From: an uncultured Pseudomonadota bacterium
GTDB lineage: Bacteria; Oederibacteriota; Muellerivitia; Muellerivitales; Muellerivitaceae
NCBI GenBank assembly: GCA_963770835.1
Contig: CAVYRH010000008.1
Location: 32,001-96,000, forward strand
Length of the DNA: 64,000 bases
Reading direction: 5' to 3'
Both the position numbers and the translations under genes were made by a program. Below, piece after piece: positions 19,901 to 29,180 of the stretch; position 1 is the stretch's first letter; each line of letters starts with the position of its first letter. The notes beneath the pieces were generated by a model. The model saw only the letters and a list, made by a program, of their open reading frames with translations, was not told the DNA's origin and did no database searches.

Positions 19901-22900
19901 CACCTTCTTGCCCGGCGCTGCCTCCGTCCCTTCCTCGCACTTGAGGCCCAGGTAATAAGGATAGCGGTGCACGTCCAAAACCGCGTTGGCCCCCACCGGG
20001 CGCCCGCCCGTGTCCAGGACCTCGGCGTAGATCTCGGCCTGCAGCATGGAGGGCGGCAGCATGGAAATTGGCACCGGCAGCTGCACGTCGAAAAGGCCCG
20101 CGGCGTCCGTGGTCCCGTCCGGCACGGTGAGGCTTTGGCCGGGGAATTCCCGCGTGGGGTCGGAGAAATGGTAGCCCTTCCACTTTTTGCTTGTGTATTC
20201 CTTGCTCGACAGCTGCACCGAGGCGCGAACCTTGAGGTTGACGCCGGGGGCGCCGAAGAGCTCCCGGGCCTTCACCTGGAAGGCCAGCTGTTCGCCGGGA
20301 TTGGCGACCTTCTTGGCTGGCTTTACCTCCACCTTGATCTTTTCGGGAATGAACTCCTCCACCTTAAAAGACGCGGTGGCCAGGTGCACCCCGTTCTCCA
20401 GCCCCAGGTCCGCCGAAAGCATGCCGGTGGAGATGTCCTGCGGGATGGGGAAGGTGAAGGTGGCCATGCCGTATTCCTTGAGCTGGGTTTTCAGCTTGGC
20501 CACTTCGTTGCCGGAGACGTCGTGGATGGTGAGGTTGACGGGCAGGTTGTCGGGGATTTCCAGGTCCGCGTGCCGCACCACCGCCGTGAAATAAGCCGTC
20601 TCGCCGGGCCGGTAAAGGCCGCGCTCCGAGCTTAAGAAGGCGTCCCAGCCGCTGGTGGTGAAGGGGTCGCCGCCCACGTCAAAGCGGGATTGGTTCAGGG
20701 GCTCCTGGTCGGTCCTCAGGTAGGACCAGTCGTCTCCCAGGGTGGCCACGATGACGTAGGGGCGGAAGTTATAGGGGTTGTTCTTCCAGTCCTTGAACCA
20801 GGCGCGCCCTTCCACATCCGTGTCCTTTTCCTCGATCACCTGGTTGTTATCGGAAAGAAGCTGCAAATGCACGCCGGCCTCGGGCAGGAGCTTGGAGATG
20901 GAAAGCACTTGCACCAGCAGGTCGTCGCCAGAGCGCTTCATCAGCATCCCCAGGTCCGTGCAAAGGAAGGACCGCGAGTCCCGTCCGCCGCCCTCGGCCC
21001 CGGTCAGGCTGACCACGAAGAGGCCCTTGTAGGGCGCCTGGTGCCATTTGGAAAAATCGAGGTCGGACTCCGCTTCCTGGTTGATCTGCCCTCCCTCCAC
21101 CGTGACGTTCGAGGAAAACACGTGGACCCCCATACCCGAAGTGTTGTCCACTTCATAGCCGTTGGAGCCCTCATCGCCCTCTCCCTCATCGTTGCCTTCG
21201 TCGCTGCGGTAGTTGTTGTAGCCCCGCGAGTTCTTGAGGAAGTCCACGATGTTGTTGCGGAAGACCTTCTCCACGTCCACCGTGTAGTTGTCCAGGTTCA
21301 TGGTCTTGACGGCCACGATCTTCCCACCCTCCTCGGGGATCAAGCGCCCCGCGTCGGCGAAACGCACATAGGGCTGGATGTCCTCCAGCCTCAAGGTTTC
21401 CTTGGAGTCCTGTTCCAGGACCTGCCCGGAGGTGCACACGATGCCCTTGCTGACCTTGACGGTGTAATCGGTGTTGGGTTGGAAATCAGCCTTCAGGACC
21501 GCATAGCAATATTCGGTGTCCACCTTGAAAGGAATGGCGGGGTCGATGGAGACGTTGTTACGCACCTGCGTCGCGGAAACCGGCAGGGTGAAAAGAATGG
21601 AGATGAGTGTGTTGCCCGGCACGTGATGCAGCTTGATCTCGTCCACCAAAAGCTTGGGCCGGGCCTCCAGGGTGATGGTTTTCTCAAAAGAGGACCCCAG
21701 CGGCTTGCCGCAATCCACGCAGGTCATATCGGACGAAATGACGATTTTCAGGGTTTGGGCCACATCCTGCCGCGATAACCCCCCCGCCCTCAGGAAAAAG
21801 CGCGTGGGAAGGGTGCCTTGTTCCAAAGCGTAATCCAGCTTGTCGCCTTCCCGGAAGACCGTCAGGTTCTGCTTCAAGAGGTTCATGTCCACGGGGTAAT
21901 TGAATTCTAATTCCCCCATCAATTCCTTTTCCGTGCCCTTGATGAGGTCATAGTTATAGAAGAGGCGGCTGGAAACGACCTTTAAAGGCTCGGTGGAGAA
22001 GGAAGTGCTGGCGGTACCCTGCAGGAAAAACTGCTTGCCCCGAAGGGCATCGGTTTTCAAATGGACCTTATAGGTGGTGGCAGGCTTTAAGGGCGCGGCT
22101 GGGGTAAAGACCAGGGTATTGGCATCCTCCAACCGGGTAGTGCCCGGCAGGGGGGGCTCGATTTGGAAGGCCGAATCCAAGGTGGAAGCCACCGAAACCT
22201 CGCCGGAAAACCTCACCCGGATGACGGTATTGGGGGAGGTCACCGTCCCCATGGGGGTAAAACTAATAACGCGGGTGCTGAAAAAGTCGTAAAGAACGGT
22301 TCCCAGGATGAAGAGGGCCACAACGGCGGCAATTCCTAAGACGACTTTGCGGACCGTCGGCTGATTGGAAATCTTGACGATACCCTGCCCGGATTGTTCG
22401 CCTTTTTTCATCAAAAACTTGGAAGTCTTCTGGAACCAGGGCATATCCGCGAGGAGTTTCAGTTTAGAGGAAATATCCGACGCCTTATCCTTCAAGCCGA
22501 AAGCATCGTAAGCCCAGGCGGCGCTCAGCAGGACTATCTCCCAAATCCAGGGCACCCAGCGGTTCAGGAGAAAAGCCGGAACCAGCGGTAGGAGGGCAAA
22601 GAGCCCGACTGCGATCCGGCATTTGTTTTTCTTCTCCCGCAGCTTCTCCCAGAAAAAACCGACCAATCCCGCAAGGATCAAATGAAAACCCAGCCAGGTA
22701 TTGCGGGCCATGGTGGTGTCAAAGTCGCCGCCGCCAAAACCGAAACAAATCCCGCCCAAGGTGTAAAGGGCCAAAAGCTTGAACAAGTCCCTCGGCAGTT
22801 TTAGGAAGTGCCGGCGGGCGTCGCCTGTGACCCAAGTGAGGATCACGATGGTCAGGATCGTCACCAGTCCGCTGTCTTGGCCGGAAAGGATCAGGAACCC

Positions 22901-23776
22901 AACGGCCGAAAAGCCGCCAAGCCAAACTTCCCGCTTGTGGGGTTTCAACCAGGGGTCCCAAGCCCAAAGGAGTCCCAATAAGACGGCTTGGGTTGGCCAG
23001 GTCCAATTTCCATAGCCCAGGTAATAATAGGGGAACATTGGAAGGACCGTGAAGGCCAGGAGTGCCCAGCGCCATTTCACCGTTTTGGGTTGTTTGAGCT
23101 TTTCCCAGAAAATGAACACCAACATGGAAAGGAGGAGCCGGGTTAAGACCACCACCAACTGCCATGCGTCCGAAGGCTCATTGGCGGGTGGCCAGTCACC
23201 AATTAAGACATCGGTGGCCAGGAAAAGGCCGAAGGCCTTGAGCACTTGCGGTGTCTGTCGGCCGATAAAATAACGGGCCAGGGGCGCCAGCCCGAGGGCG
23301 GTCATTACATAACGCCCTTCCCAACCCACTAAGGTCCAGATCGCCAGGCAGGTGGTCAGGAAAAGGATAAGGTAAACAGGCGTCGGAATTTTTTGGAGAA
23401 GCGCGTTCTTCTTGATCCAAACCCCAACCTCGTCCCACCACAAAAGAAGGGCCAGGTAAAAGACGGCCGTGATGGCCATAATCCACATGGACCGGGAGGC
23501 TTCGTTATAGGTATGGACCTTGGGAAACCCCTTGGCGGCCAGGTACCCCAGCAGGAAGGCGACGGAACCGTGATCCACCCATTGATTCGGCTTTTGGAGT
23601 ATTTTGGCGCGCAGGAACCAGCCCAAAAGCATCACGGGCACGAGCAGGTAAAGGGTGTTGATGGCGTTACCCTTTAAAAGATTAACCGCCGAAGGATGGT
23701 TGGCCCAATGGGTGAGCCAAGTCAGCAGGAGGACAGGAATGGAAAAAGCGGACCAGATCTTCGCGGTTTTGTTCAT
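16916..23776 (-). CDS. Bacterial alpha-2-macroglobulin with N-terminal polytopic membrane domain
   Basis: ERGLYRPGET, AAVDEGIL, PRFLAPGD, thioester YPYGCAEQ, DLLPAGFE, RDDRV, AEAMYDPE; first ~500 aa strongly hydrophobic. Confidence 0.93.
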   Translation of the reverse strand: MNKTAKIWSAFSIPVLLLTWLTHWANHPSAVNLLKGNAINTLYLLVPVMLLGWFLRAKILQKPNQWVDHGSVAFLLGYLAAKGFPKVHTYNEASRSMWIMAITAVFYLALLLWWDEVGVWIKKNALLQKIPTPVYLILFLTTCLAIWTLVGWEGRYVMTALGLAPLARYFIGRQTPQVLKAFGLFLATDVLIGDWPPANEPSDAWQLVVVLTRLLLSMLVFIFWEKLKQPKTVKWRWALLAFTVLPMFPYYYLGYGNWTWPTQAVLLGLLWAWDPWLKPHKREVWLGGFSAVGFLILSGQDSGLVTILTIVILTWVTGDARRHFLKLPRDLFKLLALYTLGGICFGFGGGDFDTTMARNTWLGFHLILAGLVGFFWEKLREKKNKCRIAVGLFALLPLVPAFLLNRWVPWIWEIVLLSAAWAYDAFGLKDKASDISSKLKLLADMPWFQKTSKFLMKKGEQSGQGIVKISNQPTVRKVVLGIAAVVALFILGTVLYDFFSTRVISFTPMGTVTSPNTVIRVRFSGEVSVASTLDSAFQIEPPLPGTTRLEDANTLVFTPAAPLKPATTYKVHLKTDALRGKQFFLQGTASTSFSTEPLKVVSSRLFYNYDLIKGTEKELMGELEFNYPVDMNLLKQNLTVFREGDKLDYALEQGTLPTRFFLRAGGLSRQDVAQTLKIVISSDMTCVDCGKPLGSSFEKTITLEARPKLLVDEIKLHHVPGNTLISILFTLPVSATQVRNNVSIDPAIPFKVDTEYCYAVLKADFQPNTDYTVKVSKGIVCTSGQVLEQDSKETLRLEDIQPYVRFADAGRLIPEEGGKIVAVKTMNLDNYTVDVEKVFRNNIVDFLKNSRGYNNYRSDEGNDEGEGDEGSNGYEVDNTSGMGVHVFSSNVTVEGGQINQEAESDLDFSKWHQAPYKGLFVVSLTGAEGGGRDSRSFLCTDLGMLMKRSGDDLLVQVLSISKLLPEAGVHLQLLSDNNQVIEEKDTDVEGRAWFKDWKNNPYNFRPYVIVATLGDDWSYLRTDQEPLNQSRFDVGGDPFTTSGWDAFLSSERGLYRPGETAYFTAVVRHADLEIPDNLPVNLTIHDVSGNEVAKLKTQLKEYGMATFTFPIPQDISTGMLSADLGLENGVHLATASFKVEEFIPEKIKVEVKPAKKVANPGEQLAFQVKARELFGAPGVNLKVRASVQLSSKEYTSKKWKGYHFSDPTREFPGQSLTVPDGTTDAAGLFDVQLPVPISMLPPSMLQAEIYAEVLDTGGRPVGANAVLDVHRYPYYLGLKCEEGTEAAPGKKVHIKYAAVTPDGEPTTIKQQVFLVKRKVWYSIFRRSGWSGRGFESAYYEQVVDGKEIDVDGKGSYTFTPDKPGEYTIYLGNEESMRSSILVSVTGPEEQNANEEESPANLQEPEKLSLTLDKAEYAVGEIPKVEVRAPFAGRLMLSIEREQVFYTSTVPVVSGLNVISLPAVESSYLPNAYVVGLLVRKPDEALRRLPMASFGITTLTLDTSGHEIGFKWDAPEAVKSHDGIDVNLQTGAPGSKVVLAAVDEGILQIIAFTTPDPFKYFYRKRGLTTSTLSLFEDVLPDLNRKEAVGGDEGEGFGFRHLNPIAAKRVKSFALFSGILTADKEGKVTYHFPTDKFQGDVRVMALGVEDNKFGASAFHVKVADPVVVEPSFPRFLAPGDRFDVPVLIYNNTKEKQTISVALSAEGPVAVDGEATQSLGLSDEGQKQILFHAKAKMDAGVAHFKVTATDESGGTYDVDTELAVRPGNALSTEIKFGPLSAGGTETLQVPGGFIPQGQKIRLAVSSSPLLTFLGSMDYLIRYPYGCAEQKTSTAFPLLYFKDIGLLTGRFPDRANAVEEYVQGGINDLCKQQLSDGSFALWAGQQESGGDWLFYYVANFLIEAQKKGYDVNADVMEKIYNRLGAIQVSGKGVGRLDRRKQNVEIPDSSYVLYLKALAGRPDVESMAAFKGDLPGKPIEQKCFLSLAYSAMGDRTTALSILPVKYLPSKLQRELNGDWFSPNREMALYLLALTEADPQNAEIPNLLIEFGKNLQVLGTGYFGTTEEDAWCFMAIGKAVKATTQAFPLSASWSIKGGEAHELMGETAVVKAQELSGKTVELKNTGTQPIFYHLMAEGTKLESKKESVENGISITREYRDEKGNTVNLGSVAQGQLVVVTLRLKCAKSLDNVVIVDLLPAGFEVDNPRLSSRGDLQFEPDCSFSPEAMDFRDDRVLLFSGAWEGEQAFSYSVRAVTPGQFQVPGVTAEAMYDPEIFGRTNTGETLIVAPGKY

Positions 23777-23823
23777 AAGAAAGCCCCTCGCGGAACGAAC
23801 GGCTTGGATTTAAAAAAATGTTG

Positions 23824-23891
23824 AACGCTGATCAACACTGATGGTTCAATGTATCCCTGCACATCTGCGTGTATCTGCGTTTATCGGTGTT
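23824..23891. repeat. Imperfect inverted repeat of 9-10-bp units
   Basis: AACGCTGATCAACACTGAT...ATCTGCGTGTATCTGCGTTTATCGGTGTT. Confidence 0.45.
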
Positions 23892-23906
23892 ACATATAAT
23901 GTTGCA

Positions 23907-25046
23907 ATGAAAGCAAAAACGTTTTTCAGCTTTTCCAATGTGATACTTTTCTTCCTAATGGTGTCGGTGGGATTTGGCCAGGAAGACAACCCGCTTCTTT
24001 CAATTCGAATCCTCGAAAAATGGAACCCCCAAGAGCTGGAGGTCCAATGCCCTCCGGACAAGGGCACTTGGAACGAAGTTAAGCTAACACGGGGTCAATT
24101 GACGGTCAACGGCAAAGCCCAAAACGGGGCATCTTGGGGCGATCCTAACGCCTCCGTGAAAATAAAAGCCGGAAATTTAACAAGGATTTATCCCGGCCAA
24201 ATCAATATTTCCACCTCCCCCGGCGAGAAGAGCATGGAGCTTCTCGTTCTAAACCGCGTTCCGCTGCTGGATTACGCGGCCTGCGTCACCGCCTTTGAAT
24301 CCGGCCACGATACTTCTCAGCCAGAATACTTGAAAGCCTTGGGAGTCTTGGTCCGCTGTTACGCGGCATCGCACCGCAAACGCCACACTTTCTATGATCT
24401 GTGCGACCTCTCCCATTGCCAGGTTTACCAAGGCCTTCCGCCGCATTTCAAATTTTGGAAAGGAATCATTGATGCTGGAAGAGGTTTTTCTTTCCCTGCC
24501 TCCATTGACCTCAAATCCCTTTATTTTAACCGCTGTTGCGGGGGCCAATTGGAATCCGCCGACCAAATCTGGGGCGGTGCTCCTTCCCCCAACCGAACCG
24601 GTCCCGATGCCTTGAACGGTGAGACCCTCTGCCAGGCCGACTCCTTCTTCCATTGGACGTCTTCCACGGAATCAGTAAATATCGAATCCACATTCAAAAC
24701 CATGGCCCACCTGCCGACGGGAGCTAGGCTTCAATCGCTGACCATTGCAGAAAAAACCCTTCACGGCCGCAATAAAACTCTTTTAGCAGTCCTTGAGCTT
24801 CCCGGCGGCGAAACCAAGGAAATCCGCGAAAACGCCCAAAGGTTTGTTTCGGAGTTCGGCAAGAACTACGGTTGGAGGGTTTTTCCCAGTCTCTGGTTTG
24901 ACTTCCGGCGCGAGGGGGATACTTATTTCTTCACCGGCCACGGTTTGGGCCATGGTGTAGGACTCTGTCAGTCGGGAGCGCTACGATTGGCCCAGATGGG
25001 GTGGAACTCAAGGGAGATTTTGAAATTTTATTTCCCCGGCAACTGA
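23907..25046 (+). CDS. SpoIID/LytB domain protein
   Basis: Signal peptide, LNRVPLLDY, YDLCDLSHCQVYQG, CCGG, GHGLGHGVGLCQSGA...ILKFYFPG. Confidence 0.88.
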   Translation: MKAKTFFSFSNVILFFLMVSVGFGQEDNPLLSIRILEKWNPQELEVQCPPDKGTWNEVKLTRGQLTVNGKAQNGASWGDPNASVKIKAGNLTRIYPGQINISTSPGEKSMELLVLNRVPLLDYAACVTAFESGHDTSQPEYLKALGVLVRCYAASHRKRHTFYDLCDLSHCQVYQGLPPHFKFWKGIIDAGRGFSFPASIDLKSLYFNRCCGGQLESADQIWGGAPSPNRTGPDALNGETLCQADSFFHWTSSTESVNIESTFKTMAHLPTGARLQSLTIAEKTLHGRNKTLLAVLELPGGETKEIRENAQRFVSEFGKNYGWRVFPSLWFDFRREGDTYFFTGHGLGHGVGLCQSGALRLAQMGWNSREILKFYFPGN

Positions 25047-25049
25047 GAA

Positions 25050-25076
25050 TTTACTCCGGTTTAACTTCTCGTTTAC
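25050..25076 (+). promoter_or_regulatory. Candidate Pho box (three units)
   Basis: TTTAC, TTAAC, TTTAC at 25050, 25061, 25072 (11-bp period). Confidence 0.5.
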
Positions 25077-25115
25077 GTTTCCTACCTCCCTTTACCGGTA
25101 TTTTGTAGCTCATTC

Positions 25116-26327
25116 ATGCGAATCGCCTACTTCACCGAGAGCCTCCCCCCCTTGACCGACGGCGTGGCCCGCACCTACACCCGTCTGGCGGAATACCTCA
25201 ACAAACGGAAAATCGACTTTCTCTTCTTCGCTCCTGTCCTTCCAAAGGAAGAAGAACCTTGGAGGGGCCGGGTGGTTTGGGTTCCTTGGGTTCCTTTTCC
25301 TCTTTATCGTTATTACCGGATAGGCCTTCCCAACCCCTTCCGCCTGACCCCCATCCTGGACCGTTTTAAACCCGACCTTATCCAGGTGGCCGCGCCCACC
25401 CCCCTGGGCATCTTCGGCCAAAATTATGCCTTCAAGCACAACATTCCCCTCGTTTCCAGCTATCACACACATTTTGTGGATTACTTCCCTTATTACCGCG
25501 TCACGTGGGCAATCAAATGGGGCTGGGATTACATGCGCTGGTTCTACAACCGCACCGAAGCCGTCTTCGGCCCCAGCAACGATACCCTTTCGGAGCTCAG
25601 GAAGAGAGGCTTCAAAAACCTGGAGCTTTGGCCCCGGGGCATCGATCGCACCCGTTTTTCCCCGCGCCTGCGCAGCGAGTCCTTAAGGAAAAAGCTGGGC
25701 CTGGGCAAACAAAAACTTCTTCTTTTCGTGGGACGCATGGTGCAGGAAAAGGGCCTGGATGAGCTTTCCCACGCCGCCCTTTCCTTGAGAAAGCAGGGTT
25801 ACAAATTCCATTTGGCCTTCGCCGGGGATGGGCCCTACCGAAAGGTGATGGAAGAGCGCCTGCCCCTGGACCATTACTTCGGCTTCATCCAAGGCAAGGA
25901 ACTTTCGGATCTTTACGCCTCCTCCGACCTCTTCGTCTTCCCCTCCACCACTGAGACCTTCGGCAACGTGGTCTTGGAAGCCATGGCTTCCGGCCTGCCG
26001 GTTGTGGGCGCGGCCCAAGGCGGCTCGGTGGACCTGGTCAAACCAGGTGTAAACGGCCTTTTGGCCAAGCCCCTTGATGGCGACGATTTCGCCCGCCAAG
26101 TAAAAAGCCTGTTGGACAATCCCAAAACCATAAAAAAAATGGCCAAGGGCGCCCTCGAAACCGCCTCCAAGTTCCATTGGCCGGTGATCAACGGAATGCT
26201 CTTGAATCACTGCCGTTCTCTCATGGACAAACCCGCCCCGGATTCCAAATCCCTCAAGTCGAAAACCGGGGCCGAACCCACGGAAACCCCTAAGAAGCTG
26301 AAGCCAATACCCGCCGGACCTGCCTGA
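25116..26327 (+). CDS. GT4 glycosyltransferase, glycolipid synthase-like
   Basis: MRIAYFTES..P..DGV, SYHTHF, WPRGID, FVGR...EKG, FVFPSTTETFGNVVLEAMASGLPVV. Confidence 0.88.
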   Translation: MRIAYFTESLPPLTDGVARTYTRLAEYLNKRKIDFLFFAPVLPKEEEPWRGRVVWVPWVPFPLYRYYRIGLPNPFRLTPILDRFKPDLIQVAAPTPLGIFGQNYAFKHNIPLVSSYHTHFVDYFPYYRVTWAIKWGWDYMRWFYNRTEAVFGPSNDTLSELRKRGFKNLELWPRGIDRTRFSPRLRSESLRKKLGLGKQKLLLFVGRMVQEKGLDELSHAALSLRKQGYKFHLAFAGDGPYRKVMEERLPLDHYFGFIQGKELSDLYASSDLFVFPSTTETFGNVVLEAMASGLPVVGAAQGGSVDLVKPGVNGLLAKPLDGDDFARQVKSLLDNPKTIKKMAKGALETASKFHWPVINGMLLNHCRSLMDKPAPDSKSLKSKTGAEPTETPKKLKPIPAGPA

Positions 26328-26328
26328 T

Positions 26329-26344
26329 TTCACTTGGTTTTAAC
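26329..26344 (+). promoter_or_regulatory. Candidate Pho box
   Basis: TTCAC-N6-TTAAC. Confidence 0.45.
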
Positions 26345-26390
26345 ATCCTTCCCCTCGCCTCAGCGGGCCTTTGAGAAGAAAATACACCCT

Positions 26391-29006
26391 ATGAAAATTC
26401 AATTTTTAGCCGTTTGCGCTCTACCCCTTCTTTTTATTTCCACCCCGGCCATCCCTAAACCCGTCACCGGCATGGATGAACTGGGCGAAGGGGAAAAATT
26501 AAGGGAATATTTCTGGGTTGCCGCCAACACGGGTACGTCCTATGACGCGGCCAAGACCTATACCGAGAAGGCCCAGAAGGCATTCCAGATCACCCGCAGC
26601 CACGACGTGGCCCTGCCTAACGGTTGGAAAATCGCCCCGGCGGGCCAGAGCCTTGACCTGGGCACCATGCCGGGCGAGGCCGTGTTTTTCGCGGGCAGGT
26701 TGGTGGTGCTCAACAACGGCTTTTACCCGCCCAAGCAGGATTCGCAGGTCTCGATCGTCAATTTTCGCAAGCAAACCGTCGAGAAGAACATTCCCTTCCA
26801 CTCCCTTTTTCCCTGCGTCAGGGTGGGGCCCGACGGCGACCTCTATATCAGCGGCGGCTATGACTTCAAGGTTTACAGGTTGAACAGTCAATTCGCCCCC
26901 TCAAAGGACCACCCCGAATATCCGGTAAACGGCTATGCCGGGGGCATGGCTTTTGTGGGCAAGAACCTCCTAGCCCTGACGTATTTGATGGTGAACGATC
27001 ACGGGACCGGCCAATGGAAGAAAGGGAAAATTGCCTTACTGAACACGCAGACTGGCGAGATTTCGGACGAGAAGCCCACCGGTCATTTCCCCTATGCACT
27101 AGCCTGGGTGGGAGGGAAACTTTATGCCAGTATTGAGGGGGAAAATCGGGTTCAGGCATACACCATTGAGGACGGAAAGTTGAAGGAGGGTACGTCCATC
27201 CCCGTTGGCAAAAACCCCACGAACCTGACGCTGGATGGAACCACCCTCTACGTGGCCGACACTAGTTCGGATGATATCTCCGTCATCGACACCCAAAAAG
27301 ACCAGGTGGTTTCCACCCTTAATTTGAAACAGGCGGATTTCAAGTACGGCGCGGCCCCCACGGGGGTGGCGGTGGAGAAAGACAGGATTTACGTCAGCCT
27401 GGCCGGATGGAACGCGGTGGCCGTCCTGGACAAGGCCCAGGGAACCCTCCAGGGGCTTATCCCGACCGGCTGGTATCCAACCCGGGTTTATTCGGGGAAG
27501 AAAGACCTTTATATCCTCAGCGCCAAAGGCATCATGGAGCGCCGGGCCACCTCGATGGATAAAGCCGTTCCTGGCTTAAGCAAGGCAGACCCCGCTTATA
27601 TCCTGAACCTTTTAACGGGAACTCTTTCCATTGTGCCCAAAACCGACATCGACACCCATCTGGAAGATTGGACGAAGCTGGTCAAATCGGGCTCACCCCT
27701 TGAAAGCCCCGCGGAAGGGTTCAAACTACCCATCAAGCATGTCTTTTATATCATCCGGGAAAACCGGACCTACGACCAGATCCTGGGCGACCTGAGACCC
27801 GGCAACGGCGACGATCACCTCTGCCTTTATCCCGAGGCCAAGAGCCCCAACGCCCATGCCCTTTCCCGGGAATTCGTGACCCTGGACAATTTCTACGCCG
27901 ACGGCGAGATCAGCGCCTTGGGCCATTCCTTCACCACCAGCGGCTACGCCAGTCCCTTCCTGGAGTGGATCGCCAATATCGGCTATGCCGGCCGGTTCGA
28001 TTGGAAGGACCCGGACGACGCCAAGGAACCAGTTAAGTACCTCTACCCCTACGGCACCTGCCCCGCGGTTTATTCCCCCCAATACCTGTGGGACGCCCTG
28101 GATGCTAAGGGGCTGGAATACAAGATTTACGGTGAGCCTTATTACCTCTACACGAAGCCCTACCGCATCCTCCTCCAGGCTTTCGGCCCGGATAGCGACC
28201 TGGTGAAAAAGTACTACGACCACACCCTTAAATTCGTAAATTACAAGGACCGGGGCCTGGGTTTCACCCAAAGGTTCTCTTCCCTTTATAAGCGGGCCCT
28301 TACCAAAGCCGATGCCCTGAACCTGCTGGGGGATTCCCAATTCATTTCCATCTTTTCCAATTATTATATGGAGGACGAAAGCCTGGCCGATGCCATTAAT
28401 AAAGACCCCAACCTGAAGGCCCAATTCGCCGACTTCCTCTATAAATACTCCTTTAATTACGCCGCCTGGAACCTGGAGGTCTCCGACCTGGAAAGGGTGA
28501 AGGTTTGGCAGGAAGACTTCAAACATCAGAGGGAGAGCCACCAGGTGCCGGCCCTGGAATATTTCTGGCTTCCCAACGACCATATGGGCTGGCCGCCGCC
28601 CCCCACGCCTGACCAGTACATCGCCCAGAACGACGCCGCCCTGGGGGAAATAGTTGAAACCATTTCCAAAAGCGACATTTGGAAGGACAGCCTGGTATTG
28701 GTGGAGGAGGACGACGCCCAGGACGGCCTGGACCATGTGGACTCCACCCGTACTGTGGCCCTGGCCGCCGGACCCTATGTGAAGCGGGGCGAAGTGGTCA
28801 GTGCCCAATATGACCAGCTCAGCATGATGCGGACCATCGAGCTCATCCTGGGTTTGGAACCCTTGTACAGTGGAGACGCCCTGGCCGTGCCCATGATGGG
28901 CATCTTCACCGAAACCCCGGATTACAAGCCCTACCAGGCGCCTGCCCCGGCGCCTGGTATGCTCGATTCGGACATTAAGTTGTATCAACAGGTGCATCAA
29001 AACTAA
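26391..29006 (+). CDS. Secreted YncE-like beta-propeller / phosphoesterase (alkaline phosphatase superfamily)
   Basis: Signal peptide, IPVGKNP and IPTGWYP repeats, PIKHVFYIIRENRTYDQILGD, LPNDH, EDDAQDGLDHVDSTR. Confidence 0.88.
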   Translation: MKIQFLAVCALPLLFISTPAIPKPVTGMDELGEGEKLREYFWVAANTGTSYDAAKTYTEKAQKAFQITRSHDVALPNGWKIAPAGQSLDLGTMPGEAVFFAGRLVVLNNGFYPPKQDSQVSIVNFRKQTVEKNIPFHSLFPCVRVGPDGDLYISGGYDFKVYRLNSQFAPSKDHPEYPVNGYAGGMAFVGKNLLALTYLMVNDHGTGQWKKGKIALLNTQTGEISDEKPTGHFPYALAWVGGKLYASIEGENRVQAYTIEDGKLKEGTSIPVGKNPTNLTLDGTTLYVADTSSDDISVIDTQKDQVVSTLNLKQADFKYGAAPTGVAVEKDRIYVSLAGWNAVAVLDKAQGTLQGLIPTGWYPTRVYSGKKDLYILSAKGIMERRATSMDKAVPGLSKADPAYILNLLTGTLSIVPKTDIDTHLEDWTKLVKSGSPLESPAEGFKLPIKHVFYIIRENRTYDQILGDLRPGNGDDHLCLYPEAKSPNAHALSREFVTLDNFYADGEISALGHSFTTSGYASPFLEWIANIGYAGRFDWKDPDDAKEPVKYLYPYGTCPAVYSPQYLWDALDAKGLEYKIYGEPYYLYTKPYRILLQAFGPDSDLVKKYYDHTLKFVNYKDRGLGFTQRFSSLYKRALTKADALNLLGDSQFISIFSNYYMEDESLADAINKDPNLKAQFADFLYKYSFNYAAWNLEVSDLERVKVWQEDFKHQRESHQVPALEYFWLPNDHMGWPPPPTPDQYIAQNDAALGEIVETISKSDIWKDSLVLVEEDDAQDGLDHVDSTRTVALAAGPYVKRGEVVSAQYDQLSMMRTIELILGLEPLYSGDALAVPMMGIFTETPDYKPYQAPAPAPGMLDSDIKLYQQVHQN

Positions 29007-29026
29007 AAGATTCAAACAAAATCTAA

Positions 29027-29141
29027 TTGAACCACCAAGGTCACCAAGCTCACCAAGAAAGACAAAAGAAGAAACTTAATTAACCGTAAAAAATTCTGCC
29101 TTTCGCAGTTCTTGGTGTACTTGGTGACCTTGGTGGTTCAA
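29027..29141. repeat. Inverted repeat of 9-bp units with 33-bp arms
   Basis: 29027-29059 versus 29109-29141 complementary at 31/33. Confidence 0.8.
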
Positions 29142-29180
29142 AAGTCTTTCAATTTTTGCCGTTGATCGAAAGGACCGGAT

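Noticed and set aside
29027..29141. CRISPR array
   Set aside because: Short 9-bp units in an inverted layout, no unique spacers and no cas genes.
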